A DNA stretch of 64,000 nt from NCBI GenBank assembly GCA_973895155.1, contig OZ316891.1:6605708-6669707 (forward strand). Reading direction: 5' to 3'. This DNA comes from Marsupella aquatica. Its lineage: Eukaryota > Plantae > Marchantiophyta. Shown piece by piece: positions 13,616 through 25,665 of this stretch (position 1 is its first letter; each line of letters opens with the position of its first letter). The notes below the pieces were generated by a model. The model saw only the letters and a program-made list of their open reading frames with translations. It made no database searches and had not been told where the DNA came from. The position numbers were made by a program, and so were the translations under genes.

Positions 13616-14199
13616 CAATATTTTCATATAAAGAGAAACTGATTCATACACGCAGGGCTTTTTCATGGCTTAAATTTATGAACGCTGTGCATAGATTTAA
13701 TCTATTTTCTCTAAAAATCTGCATCTGGTAAGGTAATTACACAAGAATATCTTTTAGTTTTTGGAAAAAGGATAGGAAAAACTTATAGTCCCAGCATTCA
13801 ATCTAGCCTCAATATATCACTGCAAGGGGTAATTATAGCATGAGAGCAAACAATGAAAAAAATCCATTTGAATAAAAACACCCCACTTCACTAGCAAAGT
13901 TAATCCCCAGCTAGCCAACATGGTTAATAAATTCCAATTTTGCAAGTACTCTTTTGGCTAGTGGACTAGCTGAAAAATATAAAGCACTCAAAATATAAAA
14001 ACCTGCAAAAATCAAAAGAATTTAAAACCCACTTGTGAGTTGCTAAGAACGTTCTCCTTGTTATGAAATTCCTGTTTGCTTGCATCATACTATACCTCCA
14101 CTTCCAGCAAAAATCAAAAGAATTTAAAACCCACTAGTGACTTGCTAAGAATATTCTCCTTGCTATCAAAAATTCCTGTTTGCTTGCATCATTATAGCA

Positions 14200-14700
14200 T
14201 GCTCATCCTCGAACATGCTTTATTTTTTGTCTTGTAGTGATCTGAAAGTAAATAAAATATGAGAGCATAGAAGTGCTGTTATATAAGTAAAGTGTCTGCC
14301 AAGAATAGCACACTGACCAAGAAAAGGTAGAGTCAAACTATGCTACGATGTGTGCACTTAACTCAAGGTGCCTTATGAATGACACTCCTTTCAATAAAAA
14401 CCATAAACCTAGGAAAGAAAAACATGAGGAGAACTTAAGAGGCTATGCATTCATGTTCTTCAGCATCATTTCTCTCACTCTTGGTGGTGGAGCCTTTGGT
14501 TTCATCTCTAAGAAAACACATACTATAAAAGGGGGCTGCCGAGAACACTCTAGAATACCTAAAACTAAAGGGGTCTAAAAATTAATTAAATTAATGTATA
14601 GAATACAAAGGCTGCCCCTTGATAAGGCAGATTGAAATGAAAATACAAGACACACAAATGAAGACAAAATCTGAAATGTGCATTCACCATCATACAATCC
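14200..14700 (+). repeat. Dispersed repeat, second copy at ~47655-48340
   Basis: Shared blocks: ttttttgtcttgtagtgatctgaaagtaaataaaatatgagagcata; tgtgcacttaa..tgccttatgaatgacact; ggtggagcctttgg; ggggtctaaaaattaatt. Confidence 0.75.
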
Positions 14701-15293
14701 TCACTGCCAGCATCCATGCAAAGCTAAAAAACAATTTGCAAAATGTGTCACCCAGCAGCAGGTCTCCTTTCCACCAGATTTACTAAAGAGTCACCATAAT
14801 TGAACCTTGGCCCTCCAATCTTCTCTCCTGGCTGTTTAGAGCATGGCCTTTGGCACTTTCAAGCCCCACTGAGTCCATGAGGTCCCTACACGGTTGAATA
14901 AGTGTAACATGTTGGCTAAACCCTAAACCTGATGCCAGTTGAAATGCTTACAGGAATCAAGGTGGTTGTGTCCCAAAAGCTTGCAGGAGATATGCTTGAG
15001 CACAGCCCGGGAGCACAGAGCTAGAATATGGCATTATATTGTTGCCAGCAGTTCAAATTGCTTCAAAGCATATCTGGTGTCCAAACTTAAATTGTATCAA
15101 AGCACAAACTTAAATTGTATCAAAGCACTGAGTATCCAAATTTGAACTAATATTTTTTGTTTTTTTGGTAAAAAGTGACTGTGCCCAAAATGTATACCAA
15201 ACGGCCATTGTGGCAAAGACCAGCAAGGCAGAGAGAAGACACATTCAAAGGGCCAACTGAAGGAGCATGCACCAAGAAACATGTCAACCAAGC

Positions 15294-15584
15294 CTGGGGG
15301 GTTTCACTTCCATAGAATTGACACATCACGTACGACTAAGACTAAGGTAGTTTTGGGTTTTAAGAAAAGACTTGGAAATGTTTTCCGTGGAAGAACTTTA
15401 TGGTCTTTTAAACCCAATTTTGAGTTTTGTAAGAACATTAGGGTCCTTGTACTAATCAATGTTTTTTGGAATATTCCAATTCTATAGGGTTTTTTTTCAA
15501 ATAGATTTTTTCTTATATTTTCAGGGGTACACGGCTTAAAAACATCGCAGGTGATGGGGGCTTCTATGTAGTGAGACCCCCTTG
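15294..15584 (-). mobile_element. hAT-type MITE (~290 bp), same family as 17425-17721, opposite orientation
   Basis: Termini ctggggggtttcact...agtgagacccccttg. Degenerate 8-bp TSD aaccaagc/aaccaaat. The body is the reverse complement of 17425-17721. Confidence 0.75.
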
Positions 15585-15999
15585 AACCAAATGCACAACG
15601 GCACAATGCCAAACGCCTTATGGTAGCCCGAGATTGTCAAAAAGCTGGCCAAAAGCAGCCTAAGGCCGAGACAAAGCCTGAGTCAGATGGGATCAAGGTC
15701 AACAACCATAACACAGAATTGAAAGGAAACCAAAACCCAATTCAAAAGAAGGGGGCCAACCTATAGGTAAGTGGGAATTTGCCAACAACATTCTTTGTGA
15801 AAGTATAGGTGGCAATGAGAGGACATCCAACTTACCCCAAAGCAAGCAATTGAGAGTAGGTGCAGAAAGCAACCGTCAAAGCAGGGGAAAGAAAGAGAAG
15901 TTAGCTAGGGTCCCTAAATTTGCACTCATTGTGAAAGTATGGTCCCTTCCTAGCCTTGCCATGTTCACCTAGTTAGTGTCAAATCCAATAAGAACATAG

Positions 16000-16024
16000 T
16001 GACGGACCAAACGAGAAGTGTGAC
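16000..16024 (+). repeat. Left terminal inverted repeat of the large element
   Basis: Reverse complement of 35938-35962 with one mismatch; overlaps a hairpin aaacgagaagtgtg-ac-cacacttctcgttt. Confidence 0.85.
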
Positions 16025-16340
16025 CACACTTCTCGTTTTTCCCGCGGCTAAAAAAATTCTAAGGCAAAAAAGTGTTGGATACGGAATTAGTATTCCATGT
16101 AATAACCCAGATTTTAGATTTTTAAAACAGGAAAAAATGACTTGAATCCAAAGCAGGGATACGGCGTATCACATTTTGGATCCCACCGCAGTTTTCAAAA
16201 AAACAAAATCAACAAACGCAGTAAAAGGGGCGAGGACAGTTTACCCGTCAAGAATATTCCTAGAGGATTCCTTTTAACGGTCACTTTTAATCGACTACGA
16301 CAAAACTATGGTCAGAAACTGACCATGGTCAGGGGGAAAC

Positions 16341-16383
16341 TATAAATAGGAGAGCGACGACTCAAAATTTTTGGCTCATTTCT
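16341..16383 (+). promoter_or_regulatory. TATA box + initiator-like motif of cargo gene 1
   Basis: TATAAATA at 16341 and GCTCATTTCT at 16374, the same layout as at 18673/18704; followed by a GT-AG intron 16467-16851. Confidence 0.5.
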
Positions 16384-16498
16384 TCTTGCTCCCGCATTCG
16401 CTTGCTCCCGACGAATCCACAATCTGTATGCATATTCGTATCCCCCAAGTCAGACTACAAAAACAGGTGAGAAATATATATTTTTGAAAATCACGAGG

Positions 16499-16795
16499 AT
16501 GAATCCCAAATGGGATACGGCGTGTCCGGTTTGGGATTCAATCTTGAAAAATCCAGTCTTGGCATGACGAAACATGAGAAAAAGAGGTTGGATGCGAAGT
16601 GGGATATCCCACTTCGCATCCAACCTCTACATAAGAAGGTCTTGGTTGAAAAATGCAGGAAATTTGGAAGTTGAATGTGAAGTGGGATACCCGGTATCCC
16701 ATATGGTATTCAACCTCTGAATATCAATCAGGTTAGGTCCAAAAGGCGAAGTTTGAATGCTAAGTGGGATACGGCGTATCCCTTCGGATATTCAG
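16499..16795. repeat. Palindrome array 1 (4 copies, ~85-bp period) in intron 16467-16851
   Basis: Copies at ~16499, 16583 (perfect 46-bp palindrome agaggttggatgcgaagtgggat|atcccacttcgcatccaacctct), 16670 and 16752; a further single copy at ~16143. Confidence 0.85.
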
Positions 16796-17424
16796 CAATA
16801 GCTTTTTTGTGATGGCGAAAGATATCTTAAGTATTGGCGATTGTTTTGCAGGCTAGGTTCTTATCAACTTTGACAGAAGCTCTTGCTTCCTTCGAGCCCG
16901 CCATTTTGGAGTGACGAACTATTAAAGCTTTAGCTTTCGTTGAGACTAACATTTTCTCAAGTGAGTTCAATGACGGTCCAGATTCAAAACCGAGATAAAC
17001 GTGCTCATCGATTGTATAAGAGATTAGTTGAACTCAAAGTGCTTCCTACTGGATTAGGAGCGATTTGGATGGGAGGCGTAGATCCTCAAGATAGTCTCAA
17101 TCCGCTCCGAATTGAGTTTTGCAGAAAGAATGAGCAAGGAGTTCCGATTCGGTCAAGAATTTTTTGAACGGTTGTCTGCATTCTGTTGATTCTTCGTGTA
17201 ATTATTGTCGTGATGATGAAAACAAGTATCATCGATTGGCATACTTGTGTTGTCGAATTTGGAACGAAGATCCTTGGGTTAACTCTTCCCATTGAATCTA
17301 CTTGATTCTAGGGTCACAAATATTTGGAGTTTTGTTCAGTATTCTTGGCTCTCAAATATTTAGACATGATGTTTTTCTTTTGATCAAAGAAATAAAGTAA
17401 TTGTTTTGATCCCTGTTTTGTAGG

Positions 17425-17721
17425 CTCGGGGGTCTCACTATATGGGGACCTCCCCATCGCCTGCGACGTTTTTAGGGCTCGGACCCCCTAAAATGTAAGA
17501 AAAAAAAATTATTTTTTAACCCCTATAAAGTTGGAATATTCTTGGAATATTCTAAAAATTGGATTAAAAAGGCCCTAATGTTCTTATAAGTCTCAAAATT
17601 GAATTTAAAAGACCCTATTGTTCTTCTACAAAAATTCTTAAGTCTTCCCTTAGAACCAATAAAATGACCCTATCCTTCGTCGCACGTGATATGCCATTTT
17701 TGTGGAAGTGAAACCCCCGAG
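17425..17721 (+). mobile_element. hAT-type MITE (297 bp) nested in the large element
   Basis: TIR ctcgggggtctcact / agtgaaacccccgag; perfect 8-bp TSD TTTGTAGG at 17417-17424 and 17722-17729. Confidence 0.9.
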
Positions 17722-17803
17722 TTTGTAGGTTCTTCAAACAGAGAACTTCTCCATTTTCTCTATCACTCAAGGTATTCCTTTTTTCGTGTCAAATTGGTTT
17801 GGA

Positions 17804-18347
17804 ATGGCCGTCCCTCAAAACCTTGTCTTTGCAAGGTTAGCGACCATATTTGAGAACGAGAAGAAGAAACAAATTGAGCAGAAACGGAGCCGAAGGGAAT
17901 CCGGACTACTTTTGGATGGACTTCCTGATGAGATTGTTGAAACGTTCATATGGCCTATTTTGAAAGTTTCTTGCATCGAGGACGAATTTGATTCTTCCAA
18001 GATCTCGGCTGAAGAAAGACTCAGCCGATTAAAAGAAATGGTTTGGCTGGGATCCTCCTCAAAAAAAATGGAACCAGCTTGTAGTTTGTACACGAGTATG
18101 GGGTCTCCTTCGACTAGCACGAAGCCAGTTTGAGGGATTAAATGAATTGCTTGATAGCGTTCCCCATGGAGACCCACTTCAGAATGTTCATCTCGCAAAC
18201 TTTTTTAGGATGGAAACTTTGAATCTTCCCCCAATCGATTTCCTTGGTTTGTTTTCGACATCAGAACTAAGTCAATTTCAAGGGGACTGGCTAAATCTAG
18301 AGAAAGATCAACAAGCCAAACTAGTGGAAATATATGGACAAACTTGA
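17804..18347 (+). pseudogene. F-box-like cargo protein, frameshifted at the A-run ~18061
   Basis: LLDGLPDEIVETFIWPIL resembles the F-box consensus (LxxLPxEIxxxI). The reading continues in another frame after the oligo-A tract (ORF 18147-18347). Confidence 0.5.
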
Positions 18348-18672
18348 TTAATGTTCTATCATTCATGCTTAGGTGTGCTCATGGTGAGCTACTTGTAAAA
18401 ATGTTTTTCATGAATCAATATTTACTATCTTTTGTGGCACATCTTTGGACCAAACTCAGATTGTCAGCATTTTGCCCTGGCTGGCTTCCAGACCTTTAGT
18501 TTCTCGTTGCCAATAGCATCCAAATGAGGGTATCCCATATCGGATTACTCCACTATATTTTTCCGTAAAACATTCTTCAAACCCTAAACTGCATACTAGA
18601 TTAGCCGCGACTATTTCAAGCGACTATTTCGAGGAACTAACTGCCTTGTTACGTAGTGGACCCAGGAGAAAG

Positions 18673-18713
18673 TATAAATAAGAGTGCCTCCCCCAAAAGT
18701 TACGCTCATTTCT
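18673..18713 (+). promoter_or_regulatory. TATA box + initiator-like motif of the methyltransferase-Ulp1 gene
   Basis: TATAAATA at 18673 and GCTCATTTCT at 18704; a splice acceptor ttttgcgcAG at 19317-19318 sits just before the ATG at 19320. Confidence 0.5.
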
Positions 18714-18839
18714 CATCTCTCACGCCGCCTCTCACTCTTTCCAAATACCCATTCTCCATAGATATTTGTATTCCCTCGGCAGACACTCCATCACCAATTG
18801 AGAATACAATCTCCACGATATTTTCATACAAACTGGGAG

Positions 18840-19241
18840 GATGAATCCGAAGTGGGATACCGCGTATCCCACTTCGCATTCACTTTGGCCGAATTCTTGT
18901 TTGAGAAGAAAAATGCAATGAGATGTCGGGGATGAATATGAAGTGGAATACCGCGTATCCCACTTCGCATTCAACATGCAAATCTTCAAAGTTATTGAAA
19001 TCCTCAGCGCAACTAAGGGGATGAATCCAAAGTGGGATACACAGTATCCCACTTCGGATTCATCTCCAAGATTTCATGCTTTCTTAATGAATAGCCAGAA
19101 TAGGGGCGGTTCGATACGAAGTGGGATACCGTGTATCCCACTTCGCATTCATCCCCAAGAATTCATACTTTTTATATGAAAGAGCCGGAATAGGATGTGT
19201 TGGATACAAAGTGGGATACCGCGTATCCCATCTCGCATTCA
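18840..19241. repeat. Palindrome array 2 (5 copies, ~90-bp period) in the 5' leader/intron of the methyltransferase gene
   Basis: Consensus gatgaatccgaagtgggatac-cgc-gtatcccacttcgcattca at ~18840, 18931, 19020, 19109 and 19199. Confidence 0.9.
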
Positions 19242-20679
19242 CATATTGGATTATGGACTTGTTGCTCAAGTGGACCATATTAGGCTTGAAATTCTAACAT
19301 GTGGTTTGTTTTGCGCAGGATGTCGAACAAGTCAAGTGCTTTGGGTTCCTCTGGCTCTTCCCGACAAGCCATCATTGATGAAATCTGGAAAAAGGATCTC
19401 TATGTTGAGGAGAAATTCCTCAAGAACAAGTGGTATTTGTGTGATGCTCGTGAGCTTGATCTTCATCAAGCATATGCAGGCCCAGCATTATGGTTGATTG
19501 TCGTGAAGGGTAAAGAGCATTGCCACCAAGGATTGGTGATCGACACGGCCGAGTCGGACATCGTTGATACAAAAACCAAGAAAGTTAAGAGGGTACCAAT
19601 GTTTCTTTGCATTGGTGTTGATAAGACCTTCTCTGTGTTGGTTCTCAACTATGAGAAACTTGATCGAGTCTCCATGAATGCATTTCCGGAAGACCCGATC
19701 ACTCAGCTCGTGGCGGAGGCGCCTGATGTGGATGCATTTTTGTTTTGGTGCTTGAATTATGTCTTCACGTCGTGGAAGGTGGTGCGGGACTTCATCAACA
19801 TTGTGTATCGCTTAGTGGTTGGAGAAGACTTTAAGGGTCCCGAAAGAACTCCATTGAAGTTGAAGATACATAGGCCAACTAATCCGTCTGGGACAGTGGA
19901 GGGTTCGGAGACAACCACAACAAAAGAGCAGGCAGTTTCCGAGCCAAAGAACAAGAAGAAAGCACTAGCAACATCTGTTGGAAAATCTGGGGAAGGATCA
20001 GGTGCCACTATCTCCGAAGATCCTCTGAAAAAGAAGACTAAGTTGGATCGACGAGAAATCCAAAAGAGAGTAGTGTCAATAGCTCCCCCTTCGCCTTTGA
20101 GATCGGTAGATGAGATTCCTCCAACTTCACAAGGTGGGCCATCCGTTGCATCGAAGGGGAAGGGTCCGATGATTCCAGGGGTTGGGAAAACATTGAAGAA
20201 GCACGAACCAATTTTCCAGATATTATTTAGATCAGGAAAAGTTTGGGACCTCCAAGACCAGATCTTTGACATGTGGAACAGATTTGAGATCAAGGGGCAG
20301 ACCAAACAAAAATCCCCTGTGAAGATAGTGAAGAAAGGGTCCAAGTTAAAGGCCGTGCCCGTCGTGAAACCTTTGAACAAGCTAGCAAATGGGCTAGCAT
20401 TGACACCTTGGAGAGCGATCCAAGGGATTGAGCACGACCGGTTTTTGGAATCCCTTCTCCTTCAAGTCAAGGATCGAATGATCAGTCTAGAGCAAATGGC
20501 CAAAGAGGCCGAAAGTTACAAGAAGCTTGTGAAGATCAGTAAACTATTTGTGCAATTGTCTGGCCAACCAGACTAGGCAACTTGTAAACAGATGTTTCCC
20601 AAAGAGACGCAGTCTGCGGAGCTCGAAAGATGGAGTGGAAAACTCTTGGATGTGGTAAGTTGATTTTGTGTTTTCAAAG

Positions 20680-21078
20680 GTTGAATTCAAAACTGGATAC
20701 GCGTATCCCATTTGGGATTCACAATCGATTCTGGCTCCATTCAAGTTGTTTCTTTCTTTTTGTCTGGGTGGAATCCGAAATGGGATACGGGGTATCCCAT
20801 TTCGGATTCGACCCCAGGTTTTGGCTGTGTTAGCGTTGTTCCTTTGATTTTCCCTAGGTGGAATCCGAAATGGGATACCCCGTATCCCGTTTGGCATTCA
20901 ACCCCGGGTTTTGGCTGTGTATGCGTTGTTCCTTTGAGTTTCCCTAGGTGGAATCCCAAATGGGATACCCCGTATCCCATTCGGGATTCAAGTTGGAGTT
21001 TGAGGGTTAGAAGCATGATTCACCAGATTTATTTAGTCGAATACCGAATGGGAGACTCGGTATCCCTCTTGGTATTCA
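20680..21078. repeat. Palindrome array 3 (5 copies, ~90-bp period) in intron 20656-21111
   Basis: g(t/g)gaatcc(g/c)aaatgggatac-nnn-gtatcccatttcggattc at ~20680, 20768, 20858, 20948 and 21036. Confidence 0.9.
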
Positions 21079-21329
21079 GTGCATTAACTCTGGTGCCTTG
21101 ATGTTTTATAGTTGAAAGCCTTCTCGAAGAAGAAGAACAAAATGGTTCAAGTGTCAAATGATGGCGAGGAGACTGTTGAGGAGGAGCTTAGTTCCGATGT
21201 TATCCCCCTTGGTTTTAAGAATATGGTTCAGGAAGCTATTGAGAATTATAATCGTCGGATTGGTATCGATACTGTTCAAGCGGAATCAAGCGACCACCGT
21301 TGGAAAAATTCTGATGGAAATTTCATCAA

Positions 21330-22020
21330 CTACACTCTCCACTGTGGAGATGTCCGGGCGCTTGATAGGTTCTTGGAGAAACGGCCTTACACACTTGCAG
21401 TCGCCGACATTCCTTATGGATTCAATGCCATCGGCTCTGAGAATGATGAAGTTCCATTTTCAGAGAAAGATATTATTGATACATGGTGAAATGTTTTGCT
21501 AAGGTGACTACTTCACCTATGTGGAGGTTTGTTGTTATTCATTCGCTGCAACAAAGTGTCTCCGTTTTGAATGCTTTGGGAAAGACTTGCAACGCTGGAG
21601 TTGAGGCAGGAATTTGGGAGAAGCCAAATGTACATGCACACCCCTCCGGGAATAGGCTAGCTTGGGCGTTTGAGAACTGGTCCATTGGATATTATAATGA
21701 AGGTGGTATCAGGACCAGGGAAATGTACAATTTCGAGCATGATGAAAAAAGAATCAACATCATCAAGGTTCCTTGTGTTACCAAAAAATGTGTAACACCC
21801 TTAGGGGAAGTAGTGAATCCGTATCAGAAGCCGATAGCCCTCACAGACTGGTTCATCAAGCATTTTAGTGAAGAAGGAGATTGGATTGTTGATTTATGCG
21901 CTGAAAGTGGGTCCACTTCGTGTGCGGCTTTGTTGGCAAAGCGACATGTTACAGCTTTGGAGTTGAGTGCTCAACAAATAGACTGTATCCAGACTCGACT
22001 AGTCACGCTGGATGAATCAT
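21330..22020 (+). CDS. DNA methyltransferase domain (N6_N4_Mtase fold, beta motif order)
   Basis: Catalytic motif IV DIPY (21406-21417) precedes the HPxQKP-like NPYQKP and SAM-binding motif I DLCA(G>E)SGST, followed by ALELSAQQIDCIQTRL. This order is typical of beta-class amino-MTases. Confidence 0.85.
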
Positions 22021-22348
22021 GGGACTTGAATGAGGAAGCAATTGAGGAGGGTACAGGGCCGATGAGTTTTGAGATACAACCACCGATTGGTGGTATGACA
22101 AGCACTCTCACCACCGGACCTTGCATCATTACAACCACGGCTGAGAATGATGATGATGTAGATGAAGACGAGGAGCAGGAGGAAGAGGAAGCAGAAGCTC
22201 CGGCATTAGATCTTGGCTCATTCCTCGAGGTGTCGAGATTATTTTGAGATTAGATTGCTGCAAATGAGATTTCCCCAAATTGTATATGAACTTCTGGAAA
22301 TATTCCAAGAGATTTAGATGTTCTTATGTGACAATAATGTCCTTGCAG

Positions 22349-23001
22349 GATCCACCAAAGGAGGTTATTGAATTGAAAAGTGTTCTTCATAGATTTTTGC
22401 ACAATCCTTTTGTTGGTCATCTCCTCAATCAAGAAACATTGGAACAACTTGAACCCGACCAATATTTGGGTGACGAAATTATGGAATTTTACCCAGAGTC
22501 CCAAACAGAAGAACAGGGAGATCTTGCTCCAATGGTAAACACGTTATCCTCCTTTTTTTATCCTTGGATGGCATCAAGGATTGAAAAAGAACCAACACAT
22601 GAATCCCTTAAAGAATCTTTACAGAAAATGCGAGGTTATTACAAGCCACCATTTTCCAAGATTGAGGTTATTCTTATGCCAATTCACATGAGTGGCCATT
22701 GGAGTTTGGTTGTCATATGTTTGGATCGATCTCAATCTTTGATCCAAATGTATCATCTAGACTCACTTGCTGGTCGATCTACATGAAACTCATGTAATTG
22801 AATCGGCACTGAAAAGGTGAAAGACTTAACTTTATCTTCTAGTACTATTTGTTTTTCAAATGAGATTATTTAATTCATGTGATTATAAATGCTACTTTAA
22901 CTAAGGAATCACTTTCAATGACTTGCAGATATTTCACAATAGAATGGGAACTATTTTTTGGAAAAGTGCCATTGGGTGTTATGGAGATGTGGAATCCAAA
23001 G
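22349..23001 (+). CDS. Ulp1 (C48) SUMO protease, N-terminal exons with catalytic His and Asp
   Basis: ETLEQLEPDQYLGDEIMEFY; ILMPIHMSGHWSLVVICL; MYHLDSL. Confidence 0.8.
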
Positions 23002-24219
23002 GTATGTAATTTGTTTCATTTTTAATTCTTTTTATCTCTCTATTCATTAAAACTAGAAAATTCTTTGATCTTTGGACATTTGGGCACTAAAATACATATT
23101 TTTGGGCACAAGAATTGTACATTTGGGTAGTGAAAGTTGTACATTTGGGCACCATTTAATGTACATTTGGGGAATCAAGATTGTACCTTGGGGAAAAATA
23201 AATATTAATTTGGATTCTAAAGAAAAACATTTGGGTGATAGAAATATAAAATGTGTTGGATAATAAATAAAACATTCATCTAGTCTAATAATTAAGATAT
23301 AAGCTTGGATATGATCTCTACCCTAATCTTATGCTTTGATCATTAATAGGGTTCTAAATTCATGTTATTCTAGTTGCTTGGAACTCTCCACACTAAAAGC
23401 AATTCTACACAAGAATCCAATATCAAATTACTCAAGAATCCAATATCAAATTACTCAAGAATCCATCAAGAACAATTTTACTAGAGCCTTCATAATAGGC
23501 CACACAAGAATCCAATATCAAATTACTCAAGAATCCATCAAGAACAAGTTTAAACTGAGACTCTAGATGAATTCAGAAGTGCATAAACCCCCTATGCAGT
23601 CATTTTCTACACATCAAATATGGAAAGAAATGCATGTACAATGCTTCACATGAGAACTATCTAGTTAAACATGTGGGAGAAAGAATAACAATGGGATGGG
23701 CGACCTCTCACTTGAAGCTATGCACCAAATTTGGCGCTCCAAATTTTGCTAGTTTCCATATACTCCTCATGTAGTGTTGGCCATCAACGTCAATAGTAGT
23801 GGGTGCAGCAGCTAAACCAAATATTTGGAGCTCCACATTGTGCTAGTTTTTAAAATAATATAACTGTCACTATTGCTGGCCAAAATTGCACCATCCCCAA
23901 GGCAACCTTAACTCCAAAACTGCACCATCCTAGAGGCAACCTTAACTCTCCATCAATGACCAACAAACCTCTTTTCCTCACAAAAGTACCTACCCAAAGA
24001 GACAACAGTTGTTGGCTCTAGATGATCTTGAGGTAAAATAGTGATCCTCAATAACCAAGGAAATCATTCTAAAGATTCTCAACTATCACTAAACCCTTAC
24101 ACAAATGTAAAATAAGTTGTTAGCTATAGTTGATCTTGAAGGAAAATTGAGACTTGTAATTGCCTCAAAAAATCATTATATAGCAATTTCTCAAAAATCA
24201 TCAAGAGACCTCAATTAAT

Positions 24220-25665
24220 GAAAAGCTTACACAATTGTTGGCTCTTGATGATCTTGAGGTAAAATCAAGGCCCCTAAATTTCCAAGGAAACTGCTCTAAA
24301 GATGCTTCACTATCAAGAAATATATATCCAAAGCTTACACAATTGTTGGCTCTAGATGATCTCGAGGTAAAATAAAGGCCTCTAAGCTTCCAAGGAAACG
24401 GTTGTGAAGATGCTTCACTATCAAGAAATACGTATGTGTGGGAGAAGGAATAGCAATGGGATGGATGAACTCTCACTTGAAGCTATGCACCAAATTTGGA
24501 GCTCCAAATCTTCCTAGTTTCCATATACTCCTTACGTAGTGTTGGCCATCAACATCGATACTAGTGGGTGCAGTGGCTGGACAAAATATTTGGGGCTCTA
24601 CGGCTCCACGTCTCGCTAGTTTTCAAATACAACTATCACTATCACTAGCCAAAATTGCACCATCCCAAAGGCAACGTCAACTCCAAAATTGCACCATCCC
24701 AGAGGCAACCTTAACTCTCCATCAATGACCAACGAACCTCTTCTCCTCACAAAAGTACCTACCCAAAGAGACAACAATTGTTGGCTCTAGATGATCTTGA
24801 GGTAATAGTGATCCTCAATAACCAAGGAAATCATTCTAAAGATTCTCAACTATCACTAAACCCTTATACAAATGTAAAATAAGTTGTTAGCTATAGTTGA
24901 TCTTGAGGGAAAATTGAGACTTGTAATTGCCTCAAAAAATCATTGTAGCAATTTCTAATCATCAAGAGACCCAATGAAAAGCTTACACAATTGTTGGCTC
25001 TAGATGATCTCGAGGTAAAATCAAGGCCCCTAAATTTCCAAGGAAACTGCTCTGAAGATGCTTCACTATCAAGAAATACGTATCCAAAGCTTACACAATT
25101 GTTGGCTCTAGATGATCTCAAGGTAAAATAACGGTCTCTAAACTTCCAAGGAAACGGTTGTGAAGATGCTTCACTGTAAAAAAATACGTATCCAAAGCTT
25201 ACACAATTGTTGGCTCTAGATGATCTCGCGCAAGGCAAAATGAAGGCCCCTAAACTTCCAAGGAAACCAATGTAAAGATGTTTCACTATCAAGAAATATG
25301 TATCCAAAGCTTACACAATTGTTGGCTCTAGATGATCTCGAGCCTGTAACACATGGGCCTCTAACTTGAAAGAAAACCGTTGTGAAGATGCTTCACTATC
25401 AAAAAATATGTATCCAAAGCTTACACAATTGTTGGCTCTAGATGATCTTGAGGCAAAATAAAGGTCCCTAAGCTTCCAAGGAAACCGCTGTGAAGATGCT
25501 TCACTGTCAAGAAATATGTATCCAAAGCTTACACAATTGTTGGCTCTAGATGATCTCAAAGTAAAATGGGGACTCTAACTACCACAAAGATCACTACGAA
25601 TGCATCCCTCACCCTAAACAAACCCTCGCCAAAGCTACAATAAACTCTTGGCTCTAGATTATCTA
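24220..25665 (+). repeat. ~105-115-bp tandem repeat with core aagcttacacaattgttggctctagatgatctcgag
   Basis: Units at ~24224, 24331, 24980, 25087, 25195, 25307, 25417 and 25525. Confidence 0.85.

Noticed and set aside
15985-16005. Target-site duplication of the large element
   Set aside because: The flanks (..agaacatag | tcgtgtttaagg..) give no convincing direct repeat for any plausible end position, so the exact termini may be off by a few bp.
19757-20380. 207-aa minus-strand ORF (and the 226-aa plus ORF 33933-34613)
   Set aside because: Antisense to better-supported ORFs or produced by palindromic repeats; no motifs.
18840-21078. True CRISPR array
   Set aside because: Repeat-spacer appearance, but several neighbouring spacers are related to each other (tandem duplication), the arrays lie in spliceosomal introns or leaders, and no cas genes are visible.
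19320-22247. Bacterial contamination or restriction-modification operon as the source of the MTase
   Set aside because: The gene has phase-consistent GT-AG introns, a TATA promoter and a eukaryotic Ulp1 partner, and lies inside TIRs. No restriction endonuclease was recognised.
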